Source: Thermoanaerobaculia bacterium (GTDB lineage: Bacteria; Acidobacteriota; Thermoanaerobaculia; Gp7-AA8). Taken from it: a DNA stretch of 64,000 nucleotides. The position numbers and the translations under genes are program-made. Shown piece by piece: positions 16,201 through 26,773 of the stretch. Every line of letters starts with the position of its first letter. Position 1 is the first letter of the stretch. The notes under the pieces are model-generated. The model was not told where the DNA came from, ran no database searches, and saw only the letters and a list, made by a program, of their open reading frames with translations. The stretch spans positions 34,096-98,095 of the forward strand of contig DASYJF010000134.1 in the NCBI GenBank assembly GCA_035996815.1. Direction: 5' to 3'.

Positions 16201-16839
16201 ATGAGGAAAATGAAAAACTACCCGTGGATTCTGGCGCTCGTCTGCGCACTGGCGGTGATGGCCTTCGCCTGCCATCACGAGAATAACGACAACAACGTCG
16301 CGACCGATACGTCGACCACAACCACCAGCGGCACCGATACGTCCGCGACGTCGACAGTCGCTGATACGTCGGGGACCGCCGCCACATCGACGATGGCCAC
16401 TACGCTCGATCCCGGCGATCAGGAGTTCATGAACAAGGCGGCGCAGGGCGGCATGGCCGAGGTGATGCTCGGGCAGACCGCGTCGACGAAGGGCACGAGC
16501 CCCGATGTGAAGAACTTCGGCAACCGCATGGTCAGCGATCACGGCAAAGCAAACGACGAGCTGAAACAGCTCGCGCAGACCAAAGGCGTGACCCTCCCCG
16601 CGGACATCGATGACGAGAGCAAGAAAATGTCGGACAAGCTCTCGACGCTGAGCGGCAAGGACTTCGACAAGGCGTACATCGGCGGCATGGTCGACGACCA
16701 CGAGAAGGACGTGAAGGAGTTCGAGAAGGCGTCGAAGGATGCGAAGGATCCGGACTTGAAAGCGTGGGCCACGAAGACGCTGCCGACGCTGCAGGATCAC
16801 CTGAAGATGGCCAAAGAGGCGAAGGCGAAACTGAAGTAG
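16201..16839 (+). CDS. DUF4142 domain lipoprotein
   Basis: Good RBS (aaaggagag), signal peptide, Thr-rich linker, then a DUF4142-like helical domain (DQEFMNKAAQGGMAEV...MVSDH...LP). Confidence 0.65.
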   Translation: MRKMKNYPWILALVCALAVMAFACHHENNDNNVATDTSTTTTSGTDTSATSTVADTSGTAATSTMATTLDPGDQEFMNKAAQGGMAEVMLGQTASTKGTSPDVKNFGNRMVSDHGKANDELKQLAQTKGVTLPADIDDESKKMSDKLSTLSGKDFDKAYIGGMVDDHEKDVKEFEKASKDAKDPDLKAWATKTLPTLQDHLKMAKEAKAKLK

Positions 16840-16867
16840 ACGTTTCGTTTTCGACAGTTGTTTACGA

Positions 16868-16900
16868 ACGCGCCGGTGCGAGCCGGCGCGTTTTTGTTTG
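16868..16900 (+). terminator. rho-independent terminator after the DUF4142 gene
   Basis: GC-rich hairpin gcgccggtgcgagccggcgc followed by TTTTTGTTTG. Confidence 0.7.
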
Positions 16901-16961
16901 CGCATCGATCGTCAACATCTTGACGTGCTCCGTCGTCTGATCTGAGAAGGAGCTAAACGCC

Positions 16962-17171
16962 ATGAAACGAATCATCTCAGCATCGATCATCGCGGCCAGT
17001 CTGATGACCGCCGCCTGCACCACCGTCATCGCCCGTCCACCGCGGCCGGGCCTCGTGCTCGTCGAAGGGCGCTGGGTGGAAGCGCCGCGCGCCGGCGCGG
17101 TGTGGATCGCGCCGCACTGGGAGCGCCGCGGGTTCCGCCGGGTCAAGATCGCCGGCTACTGGCGCTACTGA
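16962..17171 (+). CDS. small lipoprotein (69 aa) with W/R-rich C-terminus
   Basis: Signal peptide plus Cys (LMTAAC), RBS gaaggag upstream. Confidence 0.45.
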   Translation: MKRIISASIIAASLMTAACTTVIARPPRPGLVLVEGRWVEAPRAGAVWIAPHWERRGFRRVKIAGYWRY

Positions 17172-17557
17172 GCGATTTTCCAGCCGCTGCCGAGCAACGG
17201 CACGGTCGCGCAGGCGGGTCCTCCGTCGCGCGCCGTGCCGGCAATGCGGGCTTCGATCACGGAGCCCGCAGCGTTCCTGATGAGACTCCACGTGATGCCG
17301 CCCAGCGGAACCTTCGCGCGGCGGCCCTCGGAGTTCACGTAAACGAACCGGCCGCCAACGGGACCTTGCGCGAACGGGCCGAGAAAATTCGGAGCGCTAT
17401 CGGATCCGTCGTCGCGGGCTCGGACGGAGAACTCGAAGACCTGTTGCTTCGCACTCGCCGAGGTTGCGTGGAGCAGTTCCGCCTTGCCGCGCTGCACGGC
17501 AAAGTGAACCGGTGGATTCTCGACGATGATTCGGAGGAAGACGTTTTGATCAGTCAT
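17165..17557 (-). CDS. hypothetical protein (130 aa)
   Basis: ATG one nt after the stop of the upstream GT-C gene (coupled). No recognisable motif. Confidence 0.5.
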   Translation of the reverse strand: MTDQNVFLRIIVENPPVHFAVQRGKAELLHATSASAKQQVFEFSVRARDDGSDSAPNFLGPFAQGPVGGRFVYVNSEGRRAKVPLGGITWSLIRNAAGSVIEARIAGTARDGGPACATVPLLGSGWKIAQ

Positions 17558-17558
17558 A

Positions 17559-19331
17559 TCAGCCCGGTCCAAACGAAAGGCCGCGCACGGTCATCCCCAA
17601 CTCGCGCGGTTCGTGAATCGTTCGATCGATCGACAACTCCAGCACATTCGGCGCCGCATCCGCGGCAGGCGTGACGTGGTAGTCGCGAACATCCTCATCG
17701 GCGGCCGCGAAACGATCGATGACGCGGCCGTTCAGCGCGATCGTGATCGTGGTGCGCGCGGCGACTAACGCGTGGGGAACTCGAAATTGAATCCGCAGGA
17801 TCGTCTCGCCGCGCGACCCGGGAAGTCGCGTAACGGAGTGGCCGGTCATCGCTCGCATTTCGAATGGCGTCTCGCGGACGGGCGGATACCAACCGGCGAT
17901 GAATTGCGGCGGAGTCCGCAGCGGGATCACCTCCGCGTCGAAGTAGTGGCGCCGGGCGATGTTCCAGAGATGTCCGCGCTCGCGATGAAACACGAATGCG
18001 CCGCGATCCTTCGCCCCTGCCTCGGCGAGTACCCACGGCCGGCGGCTTCCGATCGACAGCGGCATGGCCCGCTTGTCGAGCACGTGCACGTAGGGATAGC
18101 CCGGCAAGAGATACAAGAGGAAGGGGTCGATGTCGCCCGCGACAAACAGCTCGTCGGTGGGGCGATCGAGGTGCTGCGCCACGGCTTCGACGGCGAGCAC
18201 CGAGGGAGCCTTCGTGTTGCGGACCACGGCCAGAGCGGGCAGCGTCCAGACGAAGAACGATGCGATGAGGGCCCCGCCGGCAAATGCCTCGGCTCGCGGC
18301 CAGGCGCGCGTTAGCCGGCGGATGCCGTCCGCGGCGAGGATCGCGAACAGCGGGCAGTAGCCGAGGGAGAAGCGGTTGATGCTGTAGCGGTCGAGCATCA
18401 GCCAAGCGAAAACTGCAAACGGCCCGAAGCTGAGCGCGAGCCAACCAATGGAGCGATCGCGCGACGCGAGAGCGCCACCGATGGAAACGAAAACCGGGAT
18501 CGAGGTAATGAAGCCGAGCGCGATCGACTGGTATTGCTTGATGAAGAAACGGTCGAAGAGGCGCCACAACGCCGGGCGGGAGGGGCTGCGGAAGGAGTCG
18601 ACGCGGGTGATGTACTGGCCGTGCTCCTTCGCCGATGCGAAGTACGGCTGCGGTCCGCCGGTCGCCGCGATCGCGCCTCCGAACGCGACGGCGACGATGA
18701 TCGCGCCGACCATCGCGGCGAAAACAACGTCCCGCCACGCGGCGCGAGCGCGATAAACGGTCGCCAGCACGCCCGGCGCAAGACCGATCAGAAAATTCTG
18801 CGGACGAATTCCGGCCGCAAGCGCCAGGAGCGCCGATCCAATCAGATAGGCGTTCGCATCGCGGCATCCGCGGAAGAGAAACGCGACCGCGAAAACGACA
18901 AGGACGAGGGAGGGAACGTCGCTGAATGCACCGCCGCCGAAAAACCAGACATTCGGAAAAAAGGCGCAGAGCGTAGCGGCGATCGTTGCGGTGACGAACG
19001 GAAGGCGCAACTCGCGCGCGAGAAAAAAGATCGCCGGAAAAACGAGAATCCCTGCGGCGAGGTTGACGGCCTGAAGGGCGCGAAACTCATTGGGAACGAC
19101 CGTCTGCACAATTCTGCCGAGCGCGATGTAGACAGGAAAACCGGGCGGATGCGGGTGGTGAAGCGTTACGTCATAAGAACGCATACCGAGGCACAACAGA
19201 GCCTCATCCCAATCCCAAAGAGTTCTGGCCATCGCCAGAAACCGAGTTCCCGCACAAAACAATGCGAGAAGCCAAAATGACAGGCGTTGATACGGCGTCA
19301 GCGAAGAAGGTGGTTGCGTAAAGTCCATCAC
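17559..19331 (-). CDS. GT-C fold membrane glycosyltransferase family protein (GT39/ArnT-like)
   Basis: Polytopic. DE motif (WDWDEALLCLGMRSYD) in the first loop, a Pro/His-rich motif, and a large C-terminal extracytoplasmic domain. Confidence 0.65.
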   Translation of the reverse strand: MMDFTQPPSSLTPYQRLSFWLLALFCAGTRFLAMARTLWDWDEALLCLGMRSYDVTLHHPHPPGFPVYIALGRIVQTVVPNEFRALQAVNLAAGILVFPAIFFLARELRLPFVTATIAATLCAFFPNVWFFGGGAFSDVPSLVLVVFAVAFLFRGCRDANAYLIGSALLALAAGIRPQNFLIGLAPGVLATVYRARAAWRDVVFAAMVGAIIVAVAFGGAIAATGGPQPYFASAKEHGQYITRVDSFRSPSRPALWRLFDRFFIKQYQSIALGFITSIPVFVSIGGALASRDRSIGWLALSFGPFAVFAWLMLDRYSINRFSLGYCPLFAILAADGIRRLTRAWPRAEAFAGGALIASFFVWTLPALAVVRNTKAPSVLAVEAVAQHLDRPTDELFVAGDIDPFLLYLLPGYPYVHVLDKRAMPLSIGSRRPWVLAEAGAKDRGAFVFHRERGHLWNIARRHYFDAEVIPLRTPPQFIAGWYPPVRETPFEMRAMTGHSVTRLPGSRGETILRIQFRVPHALVAARTTITIALNGRVIDRFAAADEDVRDYHVTPAADAAPNVLELSIDRTIHEPRELGMTVRGLSFGPG

Positions 19332-20116
19332 GCTTCCTTCGCCCGAGCAACGAAATAGAAGTTCTGCACCAAAGGTGCAAAGACACGCTCCAGGAAATGG
19401 TCGGCGATATTGACAGCCGAAGCCAGCCGCCGGCCGGAACGCAGAGAGGCCGGCAGTCGATTGAATGAATTGCGTGGCAGAAAACCGTACTGCCCAAATT
19501 CGGCCATTTGGAACCCGGCGCCTTCCACAAGAGCGGCGAGGTCGGATACGCCGAAACGGTATTTGTGAAACTTGACGCTCTCCGCCACATGGCGATACCG
19601 CCGGCCGTACGCGATCCGAGCAAGAGCTTCAATGTAGCTGCGCCGGTTCGGGATGTGGTACGCGATCAGTGTCCCTGCGGAAGACAATACCCTTCGCAAC
19701 TCCTTCAAACTCTCTGACTCAGTGCCGCCAACTTCTCGAACGTGCTCAAGAACACCGACGCTGAAAGCCGCATCGAACGAATTCGCAGGAAAAGGGAGAA
19801 ACATCGGAGCGTCGCCGCGGACGACTGTGAGCCTGCTGCGCTCTTCTGCATTTAATGCCATGAAGACCTGCGGAGCATCTTCCAGAGAGTACGCCGTAAC
19901 GCGGTAACCCCGTTTGAGCAGGTAGTAGGAGAAATGACCGCGACCGCAACCCCAGTCGAGCACAGCCGAGCCGGGCGCGATGTAGTTTTCGGTTAATTCG
20001 TAGAGCTTTCGATATTGATTCGCGGCGGGCAGACTTTGGAATTGGTCGATCGGTTCGCCGTAATGCGCGCTAATGTCGTCATAAATGTGCGCGACTTCTG
20101 CCTCGAACGCGAGCAT
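19328..20116 (-). CDS. class I SAM-dependent methyltransferase
   Basis: Motif I VLDWGCGRG and motif post-I. Stop overlaps the ATG of the GT-C gene (ATGA). Confidence 0.8.
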   Translation of the reverse strand: MLAFEAEVAHIYDDISAHYGEPIDQFQSLPAANQYRKLYELTENYIAPGSAVLDWGCGRGHFSYYLLKRGYRVTAYSLEDAPQVFMALNAEERSRLTVVRGDAPMFLPFPANSFDAAFSVGVLEHVREVGGTESESLKELRRVLSSAGTLIAYHIPNRRSYIEALARIAYGRRYRHVAESVKFHKYRFGVSDLAALVEGAGFQMAEFGQYGFLPRNSFNRLPASLRSGRRLASAVNIADHFLERVFAPLVQNFYFVARAKEA

Positions 20117-20180
20117 GAATGGAAGGCCTACTTCTGCAAGCAGGACAACTCCACGCGATCGTCACGTTCAATAGCTCGCA

Positions 20181-22316
20181 TCATCGATAGAACTTCCCAT
20201 CACGTTCCGCGAGTCTGCGCAGCGCGGCGGTGGCGAGGAAGCGTTTGCCGTGCTTCTGGAACAGATCGTCGAGCCGCGCCAGGATGTATGGCAAACCGAG
20301 TTTGTCGGCGTAGCGGAGCAGACCTCCGCGGAATGGGGGGAAGCCGGTGCCCATGATCATGGCCAGGTCGAGCTCCGCGGGCGAGGCCACGATCTTTTCG
20401 TCGAGGATCATCGCGGCTTCGTTCACCATCGCAAAGATCATCCGCTCCACGACCGCGGTCGCGTCGGCGGCATGTGTCGAACGGATGTTCAGGAGTTTGT
20501 AGACCGAGGGATCGGGACCCTGGCGCTTGCCGCCTTCGTAGAGATAGAGACCCTTGCCGTTTTTCTTGCCGTAGCGGCCGTCGGCGTAAAGCGTCTCGAC
20601 GACGTGCGACGGTTCCATGCGATCGCCGAATGCGCCGCCGAGGATCTTGGCGACTTTCGCGGCGACGTCGATGCCGACTTCGTCGAGCAACGCCATCGGT
20701 CCCATCGGCATCCCGAAGTCGACCATCGCTTTGTCGAGCGATTCAATCGAATTACCTCCTTCGAGCAGGAAGCCGGACTCGTTCATGTACGGGCCGAGAA
20801 TGCGATTGACGACGAACCCGGGCCCGTCGTTGCAATACACGACAGTCTTGCCGAGCTTGCGCGCGAAGTTGGCGACGGTGACCATCGCCACGTCGGAAGT
20901 CTTCGCGCCGCGGATGACTTCGACGAGCGGCATGCGGTCGACGGGATTGAAAAAGTGCATTCCGGCCACGTTCTCAGGACGTTTGGCCTGCGCGGCGATG
21001 TCGGTGATGGGAATCGTCGAGGTGTTGGTGGCGAAGATGGCGTTCGGACCGGCGATCGCTTCGAATTCGGCGAGCACCTGACGCTTGACGTCGACATTTT
21101 CGACGACGGCTTCGACGACGACCTGGCAACGATCGAACCCGCTCCAGTCGGTGGTGGAGGTGATGCGCGCCAGTTTTCGCTGCATCTCCCCTCGGGTCAT
21201 GCGGCGCCGATCGACTTTCTTCTTCCAGATTTTCGCGGCCGCTTTCATGCCGCCGGCGATCGCTTTCCAGTTGATGTCGCGCATGCGAACCGAGGCGTCC
21301 GTCTTATCGGCGATGAGCTGGGCGATGCCGCCGCCCATGATGCCGGCACCGAGCGCTCCGGCGTCGCGGACTTCGATCGGCGTCGCCGCTATGCGCTCCT
21401 TCTTCGAATCTTCCATCATGAAGAAGAGGCGGATGAGGTTCTGCGCAACTTCGCACTTCGGACCGACGATGAGCGGAACGACCGCTTCGACCTCGCGCGC
21501 GAGGCCGCGCTCGACGCCAGCGGACATGCCGTACTCCATGACGTCGATGGCGGTCAGCGGCGCGGGATAGTGGCCGTGCGTCTGCGCCATGACCGCTTTG
21601 CGTGCTTTGCCGAAGATGACGCGGCGCGCGAGCGGGTTGCCTTCGATGTAGAACTTGGTGCGGCCACTGCCGCGGCGTTTTGGTTTCGCCGAAAACTGTT
21701 TGGCGATATCGAGCAGGATCGCGGGGGGGACGACTTCGTCGACGAGTCTCATTCGTTTGGCTCTCTTCCCGTCGAGCGTTTTGCCGTTGAGGATGATGTC
21801 GAGCGCGGCCGGAAGGCCGATGAGGCGCGGCAACTTCGTTGTGCCGCCCCAGGCCGGGAAGATACCGAGTTTCGTCTCCGGCAATCCGATCTGCGCTTTC
21901 GGGCTGTCGGACATGACGCGGTAGTCGCAGGTGATGGCCAGCTCGCAGCCGCCGCCGAGCGCGGCGCCGTTGATGGCGGCGATGGTGACCTGCGGCAGCT
22001 TCGAGAAACGGTGAATGGTCTGCTGGCCGAAGCGGGTGTACTCCGCCGCCTGGTCTGCAGATGTTGCCTTAGAGAACTCGGTGACGTCCGCGCCGGCGAT
22101 GAAGATCGACGGCTTGCCCGAGGCGATGATGACGCGCTTGATATCGCGATCGTTTTCGAGCTCGTCGACCACGGCGGCGAACTCGGACATGACGGCGGTC
22201 GAGAATTTATTGACCTTTTCGCCGGGGAGATCGAACCAGACGATGGCGAGATCTTCGTCGCGTTCGATGCGGAACGCGGATCCGATTCGGGATGGAGTTT
22301 CCGCCACGCTGGTCAT
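20181..22316 (-). CDS. fatty acid oxidation complex alpha subunit (enoyl-CoA hydratase / 3-hydroxyacyl-CoA dehydrogenase, FadB/FadJ-like)
   Basis: N-terminal crotonase fold, central NAD-binding GAGIMGGGIA, C-terminal 3HCDH domains. Confidence 0.9.
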   Translation of the reverse strand: MTSVAETPSRIGSAFRIERDEDLAIVWFDLPGEKVNKFSTAVMSEFAAVVDELENDRDIKRVIIASGKPSIFIAGADVTEFSKATSADQAAEYTRFGQQTIHRFSKLPQVTIAAINGAALGGGCELAITCDYRVMSDSPKAQIGLPETKLGIFPAWGGTTKLPRLIGLPAALDIILNGKTLDGKRAKRMRLVDEVVPPAILLDIAKQFSAKPKRRGSGRTKFYIEGNPLARRVIFGKARKAVMAQTHGHYPAPLTAIDVMEYGMSAGVERGLAREVEAVVPLIVGPKCEVAQNLIRLFFMMEDSKKERIAATPIEVRDAGALGAGIMGGGIAQLIADKTDASVRMRDINWKAIAGGMKAAAKIWKKKVDRRRMTRGEMQRKLARITSTTDWSGFDRCQVVVEAVVENVDVKRQVLAEFEAIAGPNAIFATNTSTIPITDIAAQAKRPENVAGMHFFNPVDRMPLVEVIRGAKTSDVAMVTVANFARKLGKTVVYCNDGPGFVVNRILGPYMNESGFLLEGGNSIESLDKAMVDFGMPMGPMALLDEVGIDVAAKVAKILGGAFGDRMEPSHVVETLYADGRYGKKNGKGLYLYEGGKRQGPDPSVYKLLNIRSTHAADATAVVERMIFAMVNEAAMILDEKIVASPAELDLAMIMGTGFPPFRGGLLRYADKLGLPYILARLDDLFQKHGKRFLATAALRRLAERDGKFYR

Positions 22317-22319
22317 TGA

Positions 22320-24143
22320 TCAGGCCCGTTTTCCTTCGCGCTCATCGGCGTCTTCGTCGATGTACATGAGGTCGATGCTGTCTTTGTATTTCTTGTCGAT
22401 CATCTTCCGCTTCACCTTCAGCGAGGGCGTGATCTCGTCCTCCTCGATGCTGAAGTCGCGCGGCAGCAGAGCGAAGCGGCGGATCTTTTCCTGCCGGTCG
22501 AGGTTCGTGTTGAAGCGGTCGATCTCGGTCTGGTAAATCTGCCGGACTTTCTCGTTGCCGATCAATTCGTCGCGATTCGCAAACTGCACGCCCATGGCCG
22601 ATGCATCGCGCTCGAGCTTGTCGAAATTCGGGACGAGCAGCGCCACTAAGTACTTGCGGCGATCGCCGATGAGCACCGGCGTGCCTATGTACGGCGAGCT
22701 TTTCAGGAGCGCTTCCAGCGGCTGCGGGGCGATGTTCTTGCCGTAGGCGTTGATGATGATGTCTTTCTTGCGGTCGGTGATCTTGAGGAAGCCGTCCTTG
22801 TCGATCTCGCCGATGTCGCCGGTGTGGAACCAGCCGTCGTCGTCGATGGCCTGCTTCGTGGCGTCGTCGTTGTTCCAATACCCCTTCATGATGTGCGGGC
22901 CTCTGCTCAAAATCTCGCCATCTTCGGCGATCCGCACTTCGACGCCCGGGATGATCCGGCCAACGGTTCCGACGCGGCGCCATTCGGGAGTGTTGACGGC
23001 GATGACGGGCGAGGTTTCGGTGAGGCCGTAGCCTTCGTAGATGTCGAGCCCCGCGCCGATGAAGAACGCGGCCAGTTCTGCGGACAACGGCGCGCCGCCG
23101 GAGAGGACCATTTTCACGCGACCGCCGAGACGCGCCAGGATTTTGCCGAAGACGAGTTTGTCGGCGATGAACGATTTCATGCTCAGGCCGAGCGGCATCG
23201 GCTTGCGCGACACGCGATACGGCAGCCGCTGTTCGGCGATGCCGAGCGCCCATTTGAAGATTTTCTGCTTCGAGGCCGGCTGCACGGCCACGCTGTCGAG
23301 AATCGTGGTGCGCATCTTCTCGAAGAGACGCGGTACGGCCGCGAAGAGATCGGGGCGTATTTCGCGAAGGTTGTCGCCCACTTTCACGACACTCTCGGCG
23401 TACGCGATCGTGCAGCCGCGATAGAAGTAGGTGTAATCGCCCATCCGCTCGAGGATGTGCGAGAGCGGCAGGATGGAGAGGCCAACCATCCCCTTGCCGA
23501 TCGGAAGCACATTCGCCGTTGCAAGGACGTTGCTGGTGATGTTGCCGTGCGTGAGCATGGCGCCCTTCGGATTGCCGGTCGTCCCGGAGGTGTAGACGAG
23601 CGTGGCCAGATCATCCGGCTTCGGTTTGGCGCGCGTTTCGTCGAACCAGGTCTTAGCGGCGGCGTCATCGCCTTTGCGGCCGCTCTCGACGACGTCCGCG
23701 AAACTGAGGATGCCAGGTGGCAGCTTCGGCGGCAGATCGCAGACGATGACGTTGTGAATGTGCGGGCAGTGATCGCGAATCCCCGCAACCTTCTTCATCT
23801 GCTCTTCGTTCGAGCAGATCACGGCCACGGCGCCGGAGTCGTTGAGGATGTACTCGATCTGCCATCCGAGGAGCGTCGGGTAGACGGGAACAGTGACGGC
23901 GGCGCTGGCGAGGATGGCGAAATCGGCCATCGCCCATTCCGGCCGGTTCTCGGAGAGGATGGCCACACGGTCGCCGGCTTTGAGTCCGAGGAGGCGCAGG
24001 CCGGTGGCGAGGTAACGGACGGTGTCGCGGAATTCGTCGACGCTGGTGTCGACCCACTTGCCATCCCGTTTGTATTTCAGCGCCGCTGGACGATCCAGCG
24101 AGCAGGTGACGGTGTAGATGTCGTTGAGAGTCTTGATCTCCAT
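22320..24143 (-). CDS. long-chain fatty acid--CoA ligase (AMP-binding)
   Basis: AMP-binding motif YTSGTTGNPKG and GYGLTET; FACS-like length. Confidence 0.9.
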   Translation of the reverse strand: MEIKTLNDIYTVTCSLDRPAALKYKRDGKWVDTSVDEFRDTVRYLATGLRLLGLKAGDRVAILSENRPEWAMADFAILASAAVTVPVYPTLLGWQIEYILNDSGAVAVICSNEEQMKKVAGIRDHCPHIHNVIVCDLPPKLPPGILSFADVVESGRKGDDAAAKTWFDETRAKPKPDDLATLVYTSGTTGNPKGAMLTHGNITSNVLATANVLPIGKGMVGLSILPLSHILERMGDYTYFYRGCTIAYAESVVKVGDNLREIRPDLFAAVPRLFEKMRTTILDSVAVQPASKQKIFKWALGIAEQRLPYRVSRKPMPLGLSMKSFIADKLVFGKILARLGGRVKMVLSGGAPLSAELAAFFIGAGLDIYEGYGLTETSPVIAVNTPEWRRVGTVGRIIPGVEVRIAEDGEILSRGPHIMKGYWNNDDATKQAIDDDGWFHTGDIGEIDKDGFLKITDRKKDIIINAYGKNIAPQPLEALLKSSPYIGTPVLIGDRRKYLVALLVPNFDKLERDASAMGVQFANRDELIGNEKVRQIYQTEIDRFNTNLDRQEKIRRFALLPRDFSIEEDEITPSLKVKRKMIDKKYKDSIDLMYIDEDADEREGKRA

Positions 24144-24194
24144 CCGCGCAGCCCCCTGTGTTGTGTGGATTAGGCGCGGATCATACTTGATGCG

Positions 24195-25520
24195 TCAGGC
24201 CACCTTGAGCCAGCGCCACAGTTCGGGAATGGTCGGACGCTTTCCGTACGAAAGGATGCCGACGCGGAAGATCTTCGCGGTGACGTAGAAGAAGACGGCG
24301 ATCGTGACGATGGAGACGCCGATTGAAACGAGGATGTGCCACACAGGCGGTTCTGAGACGAGCGTCCGAACGAACATCGTGATCGGACCGTACACCGGCA
24401 TCAGCGAAAGGGCGACCGCGAAGGAGGAGTCGGGATTCGTGATGATGGCAAACATCACGAACCAGGGAACCATCATCAGCATCTGGATCGGCGCGACGAG
24501 CTGCTGCGCTTCTTTGTCGGTGTTGCATGCGGCGCCGGCGATTGCGTAGACGCAGACGAAGGTGAGATAGCCGAGGAGGAAGAAGAGGGCAAAATAGACG
24601 AAGACCATGGGCCGGAGGAACTGCTTGACGTCGAAGCCTGCGACCATCGCGCTGGCTGCCGCGAACGCGCCGCCGGCGGCGATGATCGTGAGCCAGGCTG
24701 CGACCTGTGTCAGTCCGACCGCGGCCACGCCGAGAATCTTGCCGGTCAGGAGCTCCCGCGGCGACATCGACGAAACAAGCACCTCGACGATGCGCTCGCT
24801 CTTTTCCTGCACGATTCCGCGCATCGTTTCGAGACCGTAGATAAAGGACGGGATGATCAGCAGCGCCGCAAAGATGAATCCGAAGATGAGCGTCGCTTCG
24901 CTCCCCTTCTTCTGTTCGCCGCTGCGCGAGAGTTGCACGCTTTCGATGGGAACTTCGCGCGTGAGAGTCTCGACTACGGTCGCATCGATGCCGCGTCCGG
25001 AAAGGCGCTGCCGCTGAATGGCACGATTGGCAACGGTGGCGAGCCGCTCCTGGGTAAAGACGTCGGTCGATGACCGGCTGTAGTAGGTCATCTTCGCGTC
25101 ATTCCCCTCGAACGCATTGCCGGGGATGACGAGGACGGCGTCGAGGTGCTGCCCGGAACTCTTGTCCGCGTTCATGCGATCGAAGTACGGCTTCGCGGCC
25201 GCAGTGGGGCTGGCTGTCCCGTTCGCCGGAACATACTCAACGTCGATTGACTGCGGCAGCTCTCCCCGTCTCTTTCCGGAGAGGGTCTGTTTCGGGTCGG
25301 GCGTGGCCGGTTCGAGATGGTGCGCGAACGCGTTTTTGAGCGCTCCGGATCCATCGACGACCGCCACTTTTTTTCCGCCCAGACCTTTGGCCACCATGAG
25401 CCCCGGCACGATGAAGAGCCCGGCCATGAGGACCGGGAAGAAGAGCGTCATGAAGATGAACATCTTCTTCCGGACGGCCTGCAGGTATTCGCGCTTGATG
25501 ACTGCGAACATTTTGTTCAT
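24195..25520 (-). CDS. ABC-2 type transporter permease (NatB-like)
   Basis: N-terminal TM helix, large extracytoplasmic loop, then five C-terminal TMs. Coupled to the ATPase. Confidence 0.8.
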   Translation of the reverse strand: MNKMFAVIKREYLQAVRKKMFIFMTLFFPVLMAGLFIVPGLMVAKGLGGKKVAVVDGSGALKNAFAHHLEPATPDPKQTLSGKRRGELPQSIDVEYVPANGTASPTAAAKPYFDRMNADKSSGQHLDAVLVIPGNAFEGNDAKMTYYSRSSTDVFTQERLATVANRAIQRQRLSGRGIDATVVETLTREVPIESVQLSRSGEQKKGSEATLIFGFIFAALLIIPSFIYGLETMRGIVQEKSERIVEVLVSSMSPRELLTGKILGVAAVGLTQVAAWLTIIAAGGAFAAASAMVAGFDVKQFLRPMVFVYFALFFLLGYLTFVCVYAIAGAACNTDKEAQQLVAPIQMLMMVPWFVMFAIITNPDSSFAVALSLMPVYGPITMFVRTLVSEPPVWHILVSIGVSIVTIAVFFYVTAKIFRVGILSYGKRPTIPELWRWLKVA

Positions 25521-26440
25521 CGGTTGGCCTCCATGGTCATGGTCTCGGCGCCGACCTGCTCGATGAAGATCTCTTCGAGCGACGGCGCGGCCAGCTCGAA
25601 TCTGCGGATGCGCAGCTTGCCGATGGTCGCCTCGAGGATCTGCTGCGGATCGGCTCCATCCGCAAGACTGATCTCGGCGCCGTTCGGAACGATCGTGGCC
25701 CGCTTGACCTGCGGAAGCTGTTCGAGAAATCCGCCGTCGCCTTCGTAGTCGATGTGCAGCGTGTTCTTGCCGAACGAGTCGCGGACGGCGTCGAGCGCAC
25801 CGGAGAGAACGACCTTCCCCTTGTGCACCAAAATGATCTCGTCCGCCATCCTCTCGGCCTCGGCCATCATGTGCGTGGAGAGCAGGATGGTCCGACCTTC
25901 TTCCTTCAACTCGCGAAGGAGGTTGCGAACGAGCAGCATGTTGACGGGATCGAGACCCGACTGCGGCTCGTCGAGAATGATGAGATCGGGATCGTGCAGC
26001 AGAGTTCCGATGAGCTGGACTTTCTGCTGGTTCCCCTTCGACAACTCCTCGACCTTGGCGTCACGCTTGTCCCAAAGCTCGAACCGTTTAAGCCAGCGCT
26101 CGGCAGAAGCCACGACGGAGCTGCCGCGCTTGCCCTTGATCTCGGCAAGAAACAGCAGATGCTCCTTGACCTTCATCTGCCGGTAGAGCCCGCGCTCTTC
26201 CGGCAGATAGCCGATACGGTCGCGCGCGTCACGATCACTGCCGAGCCACTCGATCGAGCCGGCGTCAGGAAAGAAGACCCCGGTAATCATCCGGATGGTG
26301 GTCGTCTTCCCCGCGCCGTTCCGGCCGAGCAGCCCAGTAATCGTGCCGCGCTGGACGGTGAACGAGACTCCGTCCACCGCCCGCACAGCCCCAAACGTCT
26401 TCACCACATCCCGAACCGCCAACACAACCGACATGAGCAC
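25517..26440 (-). CDS. ABC transporter ATP-binding protein (NatA-like)
   Basis: Walker A GRNGAGKTT, signature LSKGNQQK, Walker B ILDEP. Confidence 0.9.
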   Translation of the reverse strand: MLMSVVLAVRDVVKTFGAVRAVDGVSFTVQRGTITGLLGRNGAGKTTTIRMITGVFFPDAGSIEWLGSDRDARDRIGYLPEERGLYRQMKVKEHLLFLAEIKGKRGSSVVASAERWLKRFELWDKRDAKVEELSKGNQQKVQLIGTLLHDPDLIILDEPQSGLDPVNMLLVRNLLRELKEEGRTILLSTHMMAEAERMADEIILVHKGKVVLSGALDAVRDSFGKNTLHIDYEGDGGFLEQLPQVKRATIVPNGAEISLADGADPQQILEATIGKLRIRRFELAAPSLEEIFIEQVGAETMTMEANR

Positions 26441-26477
26441 GCTCCCCGATTAGCCGGCGTATTGTAAGGGTTGGGGG

Positions 26478-26669
26478 TCAGGGTTTGGGGAAAGACGGAT
26501 CGTCAAACGGCGTGGGGAGAAAAATCTTGCGAATATGGTTGACGATCTGCCCGAGTCGGCTGAAGAAGCCTGCCTGCGGGTCTTCGCGCTTAGGAGCAGC
26601 GGCAATCCCGCTGGTGAGGACGACGAGAAGTACGAACGTAGCAACTCTGGTTTTCGATCTTGTAGACAT
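26478..26669 (-). CDS. small secreted hypothetical protein
   Basis: Signal-peptide-like N-terminus; short ORF downstream of the anti-sigma gene. Confidence 0.3.
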   Translation of the reverse strand: MSTRSKTRVATFVLLVVLTSGIAAAPKREDPQAGFFSRLGQIVNHIRKIFLPTPFDDPSFPKP

Positions 26670-26773
26670 ACACCCTCCGTCGAGTTCGGATGAACTCGTT
26701 TGTTTGGAGGGCGCCCTCAACTAGGAGTGTCTGGCGCCGACTTTTCCCTACCCACGATGGTCGAGATTGCGGC